Shown here: positions 40,799-54,853 of the stretch, one piece after another
How the letters are laid out: each line of letters begins with the position of its first letter
Numbering within the stretch: position 1 is the stretch's first letter
Source: an uncultured Gemmatimonadales bacterium
GTDB taxonomy: Bacteria > Gemmatimonadota > Gemmatimonadetes > Gemmatimonadales > Gemmatimonadaceae
Length of the DNA stretch: 64,000 nucleotides
NCBI GenBank assembly: GCA_963851265.1
Contig: CAWKNZ010000001.1
Coordinates: 1 to 64,000, forward strand
Direction of reading: 5' to 3'
Program-made: the position numbers and the translations under genes
Notes under the pieces: model-generated
The model's input: only the letters and a program-made list of their open reading frames with translations
Database searches by the model: none
Told to the model about the DNA's origin: nothing

Positions 40799-41361
40799 TA
40801 CGGCGCCCCGCCCGGGTTCGCGGCGCCGTCGACGACGGTGCTCACGGCCCCCTTGGTCGAGAACACCGCCCCCGTGTCGGCGAGCGCGTCGCGCAGCGCG
40901 AGGCCCAGCGCCTTGAACGCCGCCTCGACGACGTGGTGCCGGTCGCGCCCGCGCAGCACGCGCAGGTGCAGCGTGGCGCGCGCGTTGAAGGCGAACGACT
41001 GCATCCAGTGGTCGTAGAGCCGCGCCGGCAGCGGCCCCTCGTACCACGCGCGCCCGCCGAGGTCGATCGAGGCGTGGACGAGCGCGTCGTCCATCGGGAT
41101 CGTGCGGTCGCCGTAGCGCGCCGCGGTCGCGGGGGCGAACGCGCGCAGCGCCTCGCCCATCGCGATGCCCACGTCCTCGATGAGGTGATGCTTGAGGTCG
41201 CCGCGCGCGTGTACCGCGAGGTCGAGCCCCGAATAGCGCGCGAGCGCGACGAGCATGTGGTCGAGGAACGGCTCCGACGTGTCGACGTCGGCCTGGCCGG
41301 TACCGCGGCTGATGGTCACGCGAATCTGCGTCTCGCGCGTCTCGCGAACGACGACGGTCAT
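40798..41361 (-). CDS. hisB: Imidazoleglycerol-phosphate dehydratase
   Basis: [40 protein letters not shown]. Confidence 0.96.
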   Translation of the reverse strand: MTVVVRETRETQIRVTISRGTGQADVDTSEPFLDHMLVALARYSGLDLAVHARGDLKHHLIEDVGIAMGEALRAFAPATAARYGDRTIPMDDALVHASIDLGGRAWYEGPLPARLYDHWMQSFAFNARATLHLRVLRGRDRHHVVEAAFKALGLALRDALADTGAVFSTKGAVSTVVDGAANPGGAP

Positions 41362-42077
41362 GCGCCTCCGAACTCTTCGGCCACCGCGCGCGCGTCGAGC
41401 GCGCCCGTGTACAACGCCATCCCCACCACCGCGCCCGCCGCCCCACACTCCGCGAGCACGCGAAGATCCTCCACCGACCCCACGCCGCCGGAGGCCAGCA
41501 CCGGCACCGTGGCCACCTCGACCACGTCCTCGATGAGTCGGCGGTCGACGCCCTGCATCTGCCCCTCCTTGTGCACCGCCGTGACGAGGAGTCCGGCCAG
41601 CGGCACGCCCGCCAGCTCCTCGACGAGGTCGGTGACGCGCTTCGTGAGCGTGCGTTCCCACCCGCGCGTCACGACCAGCCGCTCGCGCACGTCGGCCGCG
41701 AGGACGAGCGCGCCGGGAAAGCGGTCCGCCGTCTCGGCGAGCCAGTCCGGGTCCTCGACGCCCCGCGTCCCGACCACCACGGCGGCCGCGCCTAACGCGA
41801 GCACCCGGTCGACGGCGTCGGCGTCGCGCACGCCGCCGCCCACCTGCACCGCGTCGAAGCCGCCGTGCCGGACGAGCTCCTCCACCACGCCCGCGTTGGA
41901 GCCGCGCCCGGTGGCCGCGTCGAGGTCGACCACGTGCAGGCGGTGGAAGCCGAGCCGCGCCCACTCGCGCGCGGCGGCGAGCGGGTCGTCGAGGCGGACG
42001 CGCTCGTCGGCGTACGCGCCGCCGACGAGCTGCACGCACGCGCCCTCGCGCAGGTCGACCGCTGGAAGGACGATCAT
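41358..42077 (-). CDS. hisA: ProFAR isomerase
   Basis: [37 protein letters not shown]. Confidence 0.96.
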   Translation of the reverse strand: MIVLPAVDLREGACVQLVGGAYADERVRLDDPLAAAREWARLGFHRLHVVDLDAATGRGSNAGVVEELVRHGGFDAVQVGGGVRDADAVDRVLALGAAAVVVGTRGVEDPDWLAETADRFPGALVLAADVRERLVVTRGWERTLTKRVTDLVEELAGVPLAGLLVTAVHKEGQMQGVDRRLIEDVVEVATVPVLASGGVGSVEDLRVLAECGAAGAVVGMALYTGALDARAVAEEFGGA

Positions 42078-42706
42078 GGGTGCAGGCTGGTGAGGGACGC
42101 CACCCAGGCGGCCACGAACGCCACCCCCGGCGCGCTCGACTTCTCGGGGTGGAACTGCACGCCGACCGTCCCGCCCGCGCGCACCGCGGCCGGGAACCGG
42201 TCGCCCTCGTGCGCGCTCCACGCCGTCACGCACGCGGCGGGGTCGTCCGGCCGGCAGACGAAGCTGTTCGCGTAGTACGCCGTCTCGAGCCCCGACGCGG
42301 TGACGAGCGCGTCCGGCGCCGCGGCGTCGGCCGGCTCGACCGCGTTCCAGCCGATCTGCGGCACGCGCCGCGCCCGGATGCGCGTCACGCGCCCCGGCAG
42401 CAGCCCGAGGCCGGCGCCCGGCCCCTCGTCGCTGTCGTCGAAGAGGAGCTGCATGCCGAGGCAGATGCCTAACGACGGCAGCCCGCCGGCGAGCGCCGCG
42501 CGCATCGCGTCGCGCCCCGGCGCGAGCCGTTCGGCCGCCGCGGCGAAGGCGCCCACGCCCGGGAGCACGAGCGCGTCGGTGTGCTCGACGGCCGCGGCGG
42601 GGTCGGTCTCGACCCGCACCGTGGCGCCCGCGCGCTCGACCGCCTTGGCGAGCGAGTGCAGGTTGCCCGCGCCGTAGTCGAAGAGGGTGATCGTGGGCGG
42701 CGTCAT
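42074..42706 (-). CDS. hisH: IGP synthase glutaminase subunit
   Basis: DYGAGNLHS, LPGVGAF, GICLGMQ, VPQIGWN, QFHPEKS. Confidence 0.96.
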   Translation of the reverse strand: MTPPTITLFDYGAGNLHSLAKAVERAGATVRVETDPAAAVEHTDALVLPGVGAFAAAAERLAPGRDAMRAALAGGLPSLGICLGMQLLFDDSDEGPGAGLGLLPGRVTRIRARRVPQIGWNAVEPADAAAPDALVTASGLETAYYANSFVCRPDDPAACVTAWSAHEGDRFPAAVRAGGTVGVQFHPEKSSAPGVAFVAAWVASLTSLHP

Positions 42707-43838
42707 CGGGTCAGCTCCGCCGTGAGCGCGTCGAGCACGCGCCGCTGCACGTCGTCGGGCCCCACGTTGAGCCGGAACGCCGAGCCCCCGCTCGCCGCGA
42801 GCGCGGGCACCGCGCGGGGCCGCGTCGTGGGCAGGCCGTCGAACACCCGCACGCCCACGCCGTGCCGCGCGCGCAGGCGGGCCGCGACCGCGCGCGCCTC
42901 GGGCACGGGCACGAAGACGAAGTGCGCCGCGGCCGGCGCGGGCTCGAGGCCCAGCGCACGCAGCGCCGCCACGAGCGCGTCGCGCTGCGCGACCGCGCGC
43001 CGCGCGTGCGTGCGCACCCACCCGAGCGCGCCCTCGCCCGGGCCGAGCGCGGCGCGCACCGCTGCCTCGGCGGGGAAGGTGACCTTGAACGGCCCGCGCG
43101 CCTTCTCCACCGCGCGCACCACGTCCGGGTGCCCCACCCCGTAGCCCACGCGCAGCCCCGCCAGCCCGAACGCCTTGCTCAGCGTGCGCGTCGCGAGCAC
43201 GCGCCCCCACCCCGGCGCCTCGGCCGTGAACACCTCCGCCGAGGCGCGTGCGTCGGCCCGCACGTACTCCGCGTACGCCTCGTCGAGGATCACGAGCCCG
43301 CGCGCGCCCGCGACCACCCGCTCGACGAGCGCGCGCGCGAGCGGCGTCGACGTCGGGTTGTTGGGCGAGCAGAGGTAGATCACCGCCGCGTCGGTGGCGA
43401 GTAGCGCCTCGGCATCGGCCTCGTAGTCGTCGCCCGCGAGCGGGACGCCGACCGGGGTCATCCCGTTGGCCCGCGCGTACGCGGGCACCATCGAGAACGT
43501 CGGCGCCGCGTGCGCGACCACGCCGCCGGGCTCGGCGAACGCGCGCAGCGCGCAGTCGATCACGTCGTCCGAGCCGCAGCCGGTCATCAGCGCGTCGGCG
43601 TCCACCCCCGCGTACGCGGCGAGCGGCGCCTTGAGCGCGTTGTTGTAGAGCGCGGGGTAGGTCGAGAGCATGGCCGCCGTGGCCGCGCTCCCCATCGCCG
43701 CGATCGCGTCGGGCGGCGCGCCCCACAGATTGATGGTGTCGCTCGCGTCGGCCACGCACGGCGACTCCGCCTCGCCCCCGGTCGCCGGCGCGTAGAGCGG
43801 GATCGCGTCGTAGCCCGCGCGGGGGGTGGCCGTCCCAC

Positions 43839-43842
<4 letters not shown>
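42703..43842 (-). CDS. hisC: Histidinol-phosphate aminotransferase
   Basis: GSDDVID, CSPNNPT, LDEAYAE, RTLSKAFGLAGLRVGY. Confidence 0.94.
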
Positions 43843-45379
<1,537 letters not shown>

Positions 45380-45383
<4 letters not shown>

Positions 45384-46267
45384 GGCATCAACCGTTCGAT
45401 GCGCGTCACGAGGATGCCCTCGGCGCCTAACGACTTCAGCTGCGCGATGGTGCGGTAGATCGTCGACGCGGCGGCCACGGCGTGCACGGCCACGTGCGCG
45501 CCGCCGTCGAGGATGTCGATCACGGTGGGGCCGTTGAGGCCGGGGAGCACGCGCTTGACCTCGTCGAGCGCGGCGCGCGGCACGTTGGCCATCACGTAGC
45601 GCTTGTCGCGCGCGCGGAGCACCGAGGCGAGCGCGGTGACGAGTTCTTCCATGGCGTGCTGCTTGGGCGAGGGCGCCGCGCCCGCGGCGGCGAGGGCGCC
45701 CGGCGCGGCGACGAGGCGCGCGCTGGACTCGAGCACCGTGGCCACCTCCCGCAGCCCGTTCATCTTGAGCGTCGACCCGGTGGAGGTGAGGTCGACGATC
45801 ACGTCGGCGATGCCGAGGTGCGGGGCGACCTCGACCGCGCCCGACATCGGCACTACGTCGAAGGCGCGGCCGGCCTCGGCGAAGTGGCGCGCGGTGAGGC
45901 GCGGAAAGACCGTGGCGACGCGCACCGGCGGCGCGGCGCCGGCGTCGCGGTGCCAGTCGTCGTGGCGGCCGTCGTCCTTGACCGCGACGACGATGCGGCA
46001 GCGGCCGAAGCCGAGGTCGAGGAGGGCGTCGAGGGTGCGGCCGCTCTCGCAGACGAGGTCCCAGCCCGTCACGCCCGCGTCGGCCGCGCCGTCGGCGACG
46101 AACTCGGGGATGTCGGCCGCGCGGACGAAGATGGCCTCGAACTCGCCGCCTAACGACGCGGTGAGGGCGCGGTCGCCGCGCACGCGCGCGGGCAGCCCGG
46201 CGTCGGCGAACAGTTCGCGCGCGTCGTCGGCGAGGCGGCCTTTGTTGGGGAGGGCGATGCGGAGCAT
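45380..46267 (-). CDS. hisG: ATP phosphoribosyltransferase, long form
   Basis: LRIALPNKGRL, VRAADIP, LGFGRC, SGAVEVAP, DLTSTGSTL, plus the C-terminal regulatory domain. Confidence 0.97.
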
Positions 46268-46422
46268 CCGCGCAAGAAAGCGAAACGGGCGGCCCGGGTG
46301 CTAGCGGCCGCGCGCCGCGGTCGCGGCGCGGCCCGCCCTTGCGAAAGCCCGGACCGGCGGCAAGACTGCCGCGCCCCATGCTGGTCCGTTCACCCCTCTC
46401 TCCATCGGCACGACTCCCGTCC

Positions 46423-46731
46423 ATGAACAAATCGGAACTCATCCAGCACGTGGCCGACGAGGCCGAGCTGCCGCGCGCGCAGGCGGCGCGCATCGTGAAC
46501 ATGCTGTTCGACCCGTCGGTCGGGGTGATCGCGAAGGCGATCAAGAAGGGCGAGACGGTGTCGATCACGGGGTTCGGCAACTTCGAACAGCGGCAGCGCG
46601 GCGCGCGCACGTTCCGGAACCCGAGGACGGGAGACCCCGTTAAGTCCAAGGCGATGAAGGTGCCCGCGTTCCGCGCGGGGGCCACGCTCAAGGCGACGAT
46701 CAAGGGTGGGAAGAAGGTCGCCAAGTCTTGA
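46423..46731 (+). CDS. hup: HU family DNA-binding protein
   Basis: MNKSELIQHVA...VSITGFGNF...RNPRTG...VPAFRAGATLK. Confidence 0.95.
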   Translation: MNKSELIQHVADEAELPRAQAARIVNMLFDPSVGVIAKAIKKGETVSITGFGNFEQRQRGARTFRNPRTGDPVKSKAMKVPAFRAGATLKATIKGGKKVAKS

Positions 46732-46841
46732 AGCAGCATTCGCTTGTGAATAGATTCACAAGCTCGCCGGGGACGCCCGGCGGGTGCGGCTCGCGCACAC
46801 GGCGCGCCCGCACGACCGAACGGCACTGGAGAGATTTTTAC

Positions 46842-47375
46842 ATGCGTTTTTCTGCGATGACGCTCGCGGCCAGCGTGCTCCTGCTCGGGGCGTGCGGCGG
46901 CGGGGATAAGAAGGCGACGGCGGATACGGCGGCGGCTTCGGCCGACGCGAGCGCGGCGACCGCGGCTCCGGCCGGCGGCGCGGCGGCGGGTGCGGCGGGC
47001 GGCGCGGCCGCGGGCGGTGTCGCGGCCAAGCCGGCGACCGGCGCGACCCACGAGGTCAAGATGTACGGCGACGACAAGGGCTACCGCTTCGAGCCCGCCA
47101 ACCTCACGGTCAAGCAGGGCGACGCGGTCAAGTTCACCATGGTCAACGGCGGCCCGCACAACGTCGCGTTCGACCCGGCCGGCATCCCGTCGGGCGCCGC
47201 GGCGCAGCTGAACGCCAACATGTCGCCGGCGTCCACCGACGAGTCGAGCCCGATGCTCATGAACCCGAACGACGCGGTCACCGTCTCGTTCGCGGGCGTG
47301 CCGGCCGGTGCGTACAACTACCACTGCACGCCGCACCTCGCCATGAACATGAAGGGCGTCATCACGGTCCAGTAA
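46842..47375 (+). CDS. Plastocyanin/azurin-family blue copper lipoprotein
   Basis: Lipobox LGAC, Ala-rich linker, GPHNV and YHCTPHLAMNM type-1 Cu ligands. Confidence 0.92.
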   Translation: MRFSAMTLAASVLLLGACGGGDKKATADTAAASADASAATAAPAGGAAAGAAGGAAAGGVAAKPATGATHEVKMYGDDKGYRFEPANLTVKQGDAVKFTMVNGGPHNVAFDPAGIPSGAAAQLNANMSPASTDESSPMLMNPNDAVTVSFAGVPAGAYNYHCTPHLAMNMKGVITVQ

Positions 47376-47398
47376 GGCCGTTCTCGCAGGGGCAGTAC

Positions 47399-47437
47399 CG
47401 AGCGCGCCGGACATCCCGTCCGGCGCGCTCGTTCTTT
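47399..47437 (+). terminator. Intrinsic terminator
   Basis: 14-bp stem CGAGCGCGCCGGAC/GTCCGGCGCGCTCG followed by TTCTTT. Confidence 0.75.
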
Positions 47438-47452
47438 GCTAGTATCGCGGCC

Positions 47453-48403
47453 ATGATCCGCTGGGGCCTCTGCTGCCAGTTCGTCGACGCCGCCATCAAG
47501 TTCCGGACGGCCACGCACCGCTACGTCTCGGGGCTGGAGCCCGGCGCGCGTCGCGACTACCTCGCCGCCATCGCGCGCGACAACGCCGCCGCCCTCGCCA
47601 GCGCGGTCGAGTTCTGCCACGTGCTCGGCATCGGCGCGTTCCGCATCAACAGCCAGATCCTTCCGCTGGCGACGCACCCCGTCACCGGCTACACGCTCGG
47701 CGCGCTGGACGAAGCCGCCGATCTCGCGGGCGAATTCGCCGCGGTCCGGCCGCTCGCGGCGTCGCTCGGCGTGCGCCTCTCGTTCCACCCCGACCAGTTC
47801 GTCGTGCTCAACTCCGAGCGCGAACGCGTGCGCGACGCCTCGCGCCAGGAACTCGAGATGCAGGCGTACCTCGCCGAGCTCGTCGGCGCCGACCTGCTCA
47901 CGCTCCACGTCGGCGGCGCGACCGGCGGCGTCGACGCGGCCATCGAACGCCTCGAACGCTCCCTCGACGCGCTCTCCCCACGCGTCCGCGACCGTCTCGG
48001 CTTCGAGAACGATGACCGCCTGTTCTCACCCGCCGACCTGCTGCCACTCTGCGCGCGCACGGGTGTCGCCCTGGTGTACGATTCGCACCATCACCGCTGC
48101 CACCCCGACGCGCTCACGGCGGACGAGGCGTCGCGGCGCGCTGCCGAGACGTGGGCGGGGCGCGACCCGTCGCTCGGGTTCGCGGCGCGCGAGCCCTACT
48201 TCCACGTCTCGTCGCCGCGCGACGGCTGGGACGCGAAGAACCCGCGCCCGCACGCCGACTACGTCGACCCCGCCGACGTCCCGGCCGTCTGGCGCGAGAT
48301 GGACGTCACGGTCGACGTCGAGGCCAAGGAGAAGGAACGGGCCGTGCTCGCGATCAAGGCCGCGGTCGAGGGGGCGCCCACCGCGCTGGAGCTGGCCGCC
48401 TGA
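47453..48403 (+). CDS. uvsE: UV-damage endonuclease
   Basis: FRINSQILP, RLSFHPDQFVVLNS, LHVGG, ENDD, YDSHHH, HADY, DVEAKEKE. Confidence 0.94.
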   Translation: MIRWGLCCQFVDAAIKFRTATHRYVSGLEPGARRDYLAAIARDNAAALASAVEFCHVLGIGAFRINSQILPLATHPVTGYTLGALDEAADLAGEFAAVRPLAASLGVRLSFHPDQFVVLNSERERVRDASRQELEMQAYLAELVGADLLTLHVGGATGGVDAAIERLERSLDALSPRVRDRLGFENDDRLFSPADLLPLCARTGVALVYDSHHHRCHPDALTADEASRRAAETWAGRDPSLGFAAREPYFHVSSPRDGWDAKNPRPHADYVDPADVPAVWREMDVTVDVEAKEKERAVLAIKAAVEGAPTALELAA

Positions 48404-50346
48404 CCGCGCCCGCGACCCCGGCCGCGGCGCCCGCGTCCAGCCCGGCGCCCGCGCTCTCGCCCGGCCTGCGCATCCGCGCGGTGTGGGCCCATGCGCGGGC
48501 GCGCAACGCGCTGCGCCGTCGCCGGATCATCACCGGCGTGGGGCTGGTCGCGTTCGGCAGCACGCTCGCCGCGCTCATCCTCGTCCCGCGCGAGGCCATC
48601 CGCGAGGCGCGCAACGCGGCCCCACTGCCGGGCGAGAAGGTCGACAGCATCCCCCTGGTGGCCGCGCTCGCGGCCGTTCAGGAGGAGTACCGCACCGCCA
48701 ACGGCGCGGTCGCCGCCAAGCGCGCGGCGGCCGCCCGCGCGACGGCGGCGCTCGTCGCCGCCCGCCAGCGCGCCCTGGCCGCCGCCCTGGCCGCCGCGCG
48801 TCCCGTGGGGAACCGGGACTCGCTGCGGGCCGCGTCCGCGGAACTCGGGCGACTGATCGACCGCGCGCGCACCTCGCCGCTGCCCAGCTCGTACCGCGCG
48901 CTGGCCGAAGCGCCCGGCGTGCGCGGCGATCCGCGGGTGCGCGCCCTCGTCGATTCGCTCGACGACGTGGAGCGTGAGCGCGAGTCGTACGGCGTGGGCG
49001 GCGTCGATCCCGTCTACGTCTCGCTCACCAACCGCGCCACGCAACTCGGCCGCGCGGTCGAGGCCATCGCGGAACGCCGGCGCGCCGCCCTCGAAGATCA
49101 GCTCAACGCACCCGATGTGCCCCCGCCGGTCGCCCCGGCGCCGCCCGTGCCCGCACCGGTCGCCGCCGCCCCTGCCGCGACGGCGTCTGGTACGACGGCG
49201 TCTGGTACGACGGCGCCTGCAGTGCGCGACAGCACGGGCGAGCCCGTGCGCGCCGCGGTGCGGGTCGCGCCGCGCGCGGTGGTGGCCGACACCGCCGTCG
49301 AAGCCGGGCAGCGGGCGGTCGTCGCCACGCGGCTCGCCCAGGCGCAGCGTGCGCTCGCCGCGGCGCGGATACGCGACGTCGCCGCCGACCGGCGCGTCGA
49401 AGCCGCACGCGCCCGCGCCGGATTCGACACGCCGCCGCTCGCGATCGCCGCCGCGGCGCTCATCCTCGGCGCCGCCCTCGGCTTCGGCGTGGCGTTCCTG
49501 ACCGAGGTGCGGCGCCCGCGTGTGGCCGACGCCGAGGAGGCGGAGCGCGTGACGCGCTCGCGCGTGCTGGCCGTGGTGCGGCCGAGCGCGGGCGTGACGC
49601 CCGAACGCGGCCGGCGACTCGTCGACGAGCGGTTGGACGGCGCCGGGGCGGGCGTGCGGATACCGGCCCTCGTCGACCCCGCCGTCGAGGGCTACCGCCT
49701 GCTCTATCTCGGCCTCGCGCCGATCGGGGCGGCGGTGCCGCGCATGGCGATCACCGCGGCCGAGCCCGCGGTCGCCGCGGCGGTCGCGCTCAACCTCGCC
49801 GCGGCCGCGGCGGAGGACGGGCGGAGCACGCTGATCGTGGACGCCGACCCACGATCGGCGGTGCTCTCCGCCGCGTTGGGCGTCCGCGACCGCATCGGGC
49901 TGGTGGACCTCGCGCGTGCGGGCTTCGCGCCGCGCGAGGCCGTGGTGCCGGTGGCCGTCGGCCGCGACGTGTCGGTCGACGTGCTGCCGGCGGGGCTCAC
50001 CGCGATCGCGTCGGGCGGCCGTCCGCCTGCGCCCGCCGCGGTGCCCGAGGAGGACGACCCGCGGGCGGTGCTCGCGCGGCTCGCGCGCGCGTACGACGTC
50101 ACGGTGACCAGCATCCCGCCCGCGCCCGCGCCGGGCGGCCAGTCGGCCGCCGCGGTGGCCACGCCGCAGGCGGCGGCCGAATCGCTCGCGCGCGAGGTGC
50201 TGGCGCGCGAGGTGATCGTCTGCGCGCGCGCGGGGCACACGCCGCTCGCGTCGCTCACGCGCGAGATCGCGCGGCTCAACGCGGCGGGGGCGCGCGTGCG
50301 GGGGCTGGTGGTGTGGGACGACGCGCTGCCGGCGGTGCGGGGGTAA
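48400..50346 (+). CDS. Wzc/GumC-like polysaccharide co-polymerase with a degenerate tyrosine-kinase domain (start uncertain)
   Basis: Two TM helices flank a coiled coil. Then RPRVADAEEAERVTRSRVLA, EGYRLL, VALNLA, TLIVDAD. No GK[ST] motif. Confidence 0.65.
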   Translation: MTAPATPAAAPASSPAPALSPGLRIRAVWAHARARNALRRRRIITGVGLVAFGSTLAALILVPREAIREARNAAPLPGEKVDSIPLVAALAAVQEEYRTANGAVAAKRAAAARATAALVAARQRALAAALAAARPVGNRDSLRAASAELGRLIDRARTSPLPSSYRALAEAPGVRGDPRVRALVDSLDDVERERESYGVGGVDPVYVSLTNRATQLGRAVEAIAERRRAALEDQLNAPDVPPPVAPAPPVPAPVAAAPAATASGTTASGTTAPAVRDSTGEPVRAAVRVAPRAVVADTAVEAGQRAVVATRLAQAQRALAAARIRDVAADRRVEAARARAGFDTPPLAIAAAALILGAALGFGVAFLTEVRRPRVADAEEAERVTRSRVLAVVRPSAGVTPERGRRLVDERLDGAGAGVRIPALVDPAVEGYRLLYLGLAPIGAAVPRMAITAAEPAVAAAVALNLAAAAAEDGRSTLIVDADPRSAVLSAALGVRDRIGLVDLARAGFAPREAVVPVAVGRDVSVDVLPAGLTAIASGGRPPAPAAVPEEDDPRAVLARLARAYDVTVTSIPPAPAPGGQSAAAVATPQAAAESLAREVLAREVIVCARAGHTPLASLTREIARLNAAGARVRGLVVWDDALPAVRG

Positions 50347-50354
50347 CGTCGCGC

Positions 50355-52457
<2,103 letters not shown>

Positions 52458-52573
52458 GAGGCAAAGCTCTCCGTGCACGTTCGCCGCCGGCAACCCCTTG
52501 GCACACCGGCGCGCCGCGCGCAACCGCGACGACGTGCCCCCCGGGCCCGCGCTCCCCGCGGTAAGGCCCGACG

Positions 52574-53872
52574 TTACCCGGCGGCCGGCACCGGCAGTGG
52601 CCGCCCCGCCCGCGCGGCCTCGTAGATGAGTTCCATGATCTGGATGTCGCGCAGGCCCATCTCGCCCGGGGTCCGCGGCGCGCGGTGCTCGCGCACCGCG
52701 CTCACGAACTCGTCGAGCATCCCCGTGAACTGCTGCTCCGACTCCCCGACCTGCGGCGTGCGCTCGGTCCCGTGGGTGCGCACGCGCAGCGCGTTCCCCG
52801 TGTAGCCGGTGGCCGGCGAGAGTTCGAGCGACCCCGAGTCGCCGAGCACCTGCAGCCGGTTCATCTCGGCGTCGTAGGCCGAGGCCGCCGTCGCGACCGC
52901 GCCGCTCGGGAAGCGCGCCGACCAGTCGACGCCCATCTCCACGTCCACCGGGTGCCCGCGCACCTGCTGCGGCGGCGGGCGGCGCAGCGTCGCGCGGATC
53001 TCGACCGGGTCCTCGCCGGCGAACCAGCGCAGCCCGTTGAGCGAGTAGATCCCGATGTCCCACAGCGAGCCGCCGCCGGCGAGTGAGCGCTGCACGCGCC
53101 ACTCGCCGTGCGGGGTGGTCGGGTCGACGGGCCCGCCGTGCTGGCCGATCATCTGGCGCACGGTCCCCAACTCGCCGGCGCGGATGAGCCGTTCGGCCTC
53201 GACGTTGTGCGGCTCCCAGTGCACGCGGTAGCCGATCATGAGCCGGCGGTCGGCCGCGCGGCACGCGTCGACCATCTGCCGGCACTCCGCGGCGGTGGGC
53301 GCCATCGGCTTCTCGCAGAGCACGTGCTTGCCCAGCCGTGCCGCGCGCACCGTGTACTCGGCGTGGAGCGCGACCGGGAGGACGACGTAGACCGCGTCGA
53401 CGGCGGCGTCGTCGCGCAGGCGGTCGAACGTGTCATACGTGTAGAGGCTGCGTTCGGGCACGCCGTAGGCGGCGGCAACGGCGCGGGCCTTGGCCGGGTC
53501 GCCGCTCACGAGGCCCGTGAGGCGGAGGTGCTGCGTGCGCGCGATGCGCGGCAGGATCTGGCCGAGCGCGTAATTGCCGAGCCCGACGACGGCGATGCCG
53601 AGTCGCTGCGCCGGCGGATCGCCGAGGTTGGCGGAGGCCGGCATCGGGCGGCCGACGGCACGCGGCGGCACGGGAGCGGCCGCCGATCCCGGGTCCGTGG
53701 CGTCCGCGCCGGCCGTGCCCGCGTCGGGAGTGCCCGCGTGGGGCACCGCGCGTTCGGCCACGGCCGCGGCGCCGGCGAGGGGGAGCGCGGCCAGGCCGAC
53801 GCCGGCCGCGGTGACGAAGGCGCGGCGCGTGACGGGGCGCCCGGTCGGGGCTGGCGTGCGGTCGTGCTGCAT
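52574..53872 (-). CDS. Tat-exported Gfo/Idh/MocA (glucose-fructose oxidoreductase-like) oxidoreductase
   Basis: TRRAFV Tat motif, AVVGLGNYA, HVLCEKPMA, GGGSLWDIGIY. Confidence 0.9.
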   Translation of the reverse strand: MQHDRTPAPTGRPVTRRAFVTAAGVGLAALPLAGAAAVAERAVPHAGTPDAGTAGADATDPGSAAAPVPPRAVGRPMPASANLGDPPAQRLGIAVVGLGNYALGQILPRIARTQHLRLTGLVSGDPAKARAVAAAYGVPERSLYTYDTFDRLRDDAAVDAVYVVLPVALHAEYTVRAARLGKHVLCEKPMAPTAAECRQMVDACRAADRRLMIGYRVHWEPHNVEAERLIRAGELGTVRQMIGQHGGPVDPTTPHGEWRVQRSLAGGGSLWDIGIYSLNGLRWFAGEDPVEIRATLRRPPPQQVRGHPVDVEMGVDWSARFPSGAVATAASAYDAEMNRLQVLGDSGSLELSPATGYTGNALRVRTHGTERTPQVGESEQQFTGMLDEFVSAVREHRAPRTPGEMGLRDIQIMELIYEAARAGRPLPVPAAG

Positions 53873-54096
53873 CGGTCCGGGGGTGCGGGGGCGGTGCGCC
53901 TAACGTGCTGCGGCCGGCGCGCGGTGCGCCCGACCACGGCCGCAAGGCCCGTTCCCCGCCGGACCCCGCGCCGGCCGGCGCACCGGGCGCGCCACGCCCC
54001 CGTGGCCCGTCGTATGCCCCGCCCTCCGGTCCGCCTCGCGACGCGCGCCCGCGTCCGCGGCCGTCCGCGTGCGCCTCCCTGTACGCCCCTCCCGTC

Positions 54097-54846
54097 ATGC
54101 ACACCTTCAACGCGAGACCCGGCACCGAATCGGGGGAATCGCTCTCCGCCGCGGTCCGCCGCGAGTACATCGGCCAGACGGTGGTGGCGGGCGACGCGTC
54201 GGACGTCGCGTCCAGCCTGGCCGTGCTGCAGGCCGCCGCGGCGGCCCCCGACGCGCCCGCCGAGCGCCCGCGCGAGGTCGAGGTGCGGCTGCGCGTGAAC
54301 GGGCGCGAGACGGCGGTCGTGGTCGACACGCGCACGAGCCTGCTCGACGCGCTGCGCGAACGGTTGCAGCTGACGGGGAGCAAGAAGGGGTGCGACCACG
54401 GCCAGTGTGGCGCGTGCACCGTGCTGCTGAACGGGCGGCGCGTGAACAGCTGCCTCACGCTCGCCGTCGCGGTCGGGGGTGACGAGGTCGTGACCATCGA
54501 GGGGCTCGCCGGGGAGGGCGCCGACGGAGGCGACGCGCTCCACCCCATGCAGCAGGCGTTCATCACGCACGACGGCTTTCAGTGCGGCTACTGCACGCCC
54601 GGGCAGATCTGCTCCGCGGTCGCGATGCTCGACGAGGTGCGCGCGGGATGGCCGAGCTACGTCACGCCCGACGTCGCGGCCACGGTCGCGCTCGAGACGT
54701 TGGGCGACGAGGAGCTGCGCGAGCGTATGAGCGGCAACCTGTGCCGCTGCGGCGCGTACGCGGGGATCCTCGCCGCGGTGCGCGAGGCGGGCGGGATCGG
54801 CGCCGCGCCCCCGCGTCCCGTCGCCGCGCCCCCCGCCGCCGCATGA
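54097..54846 (+). CDS. paoA: Aldehyde oxidoreductase 2Fe-2S subunit, copy 1
   Basis: LTGSKKGCDHGQCGACT, FQCGYCTPGQ, MSGNLCRCGAY. No Tat motif. Confidence 0.9.
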   Translation: MHTFNARPGTESGESLSAAVRREYIGQTVVAGDASDVASSLAVLQAAAAAPDAPAERPREVEVRLRVNGRETAVVVDTRTSLLDALRERLQLTGSKKGCDHGQCGACTVLLNGRRVNSCLTLAVAVGGDEVVTIEGLAGEGADGGDALHPMQQAFITHDGFQCGYCTPGQICSAVAMLDEVRAGWPSYVTPDVAATVALETLGDEELRERMSGNLCRCGAYAGILAAVREAGGIGAAPPRPVAAPPAAA

Positions 54847-54853
54847 ACCCCGC

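Noticed and set aside
46268..46422. His attenuator upstream of hisG
   Set aside because: No His-codon leader peptide and no U-tailed terminator, only generic GC-rich self-complementarity.
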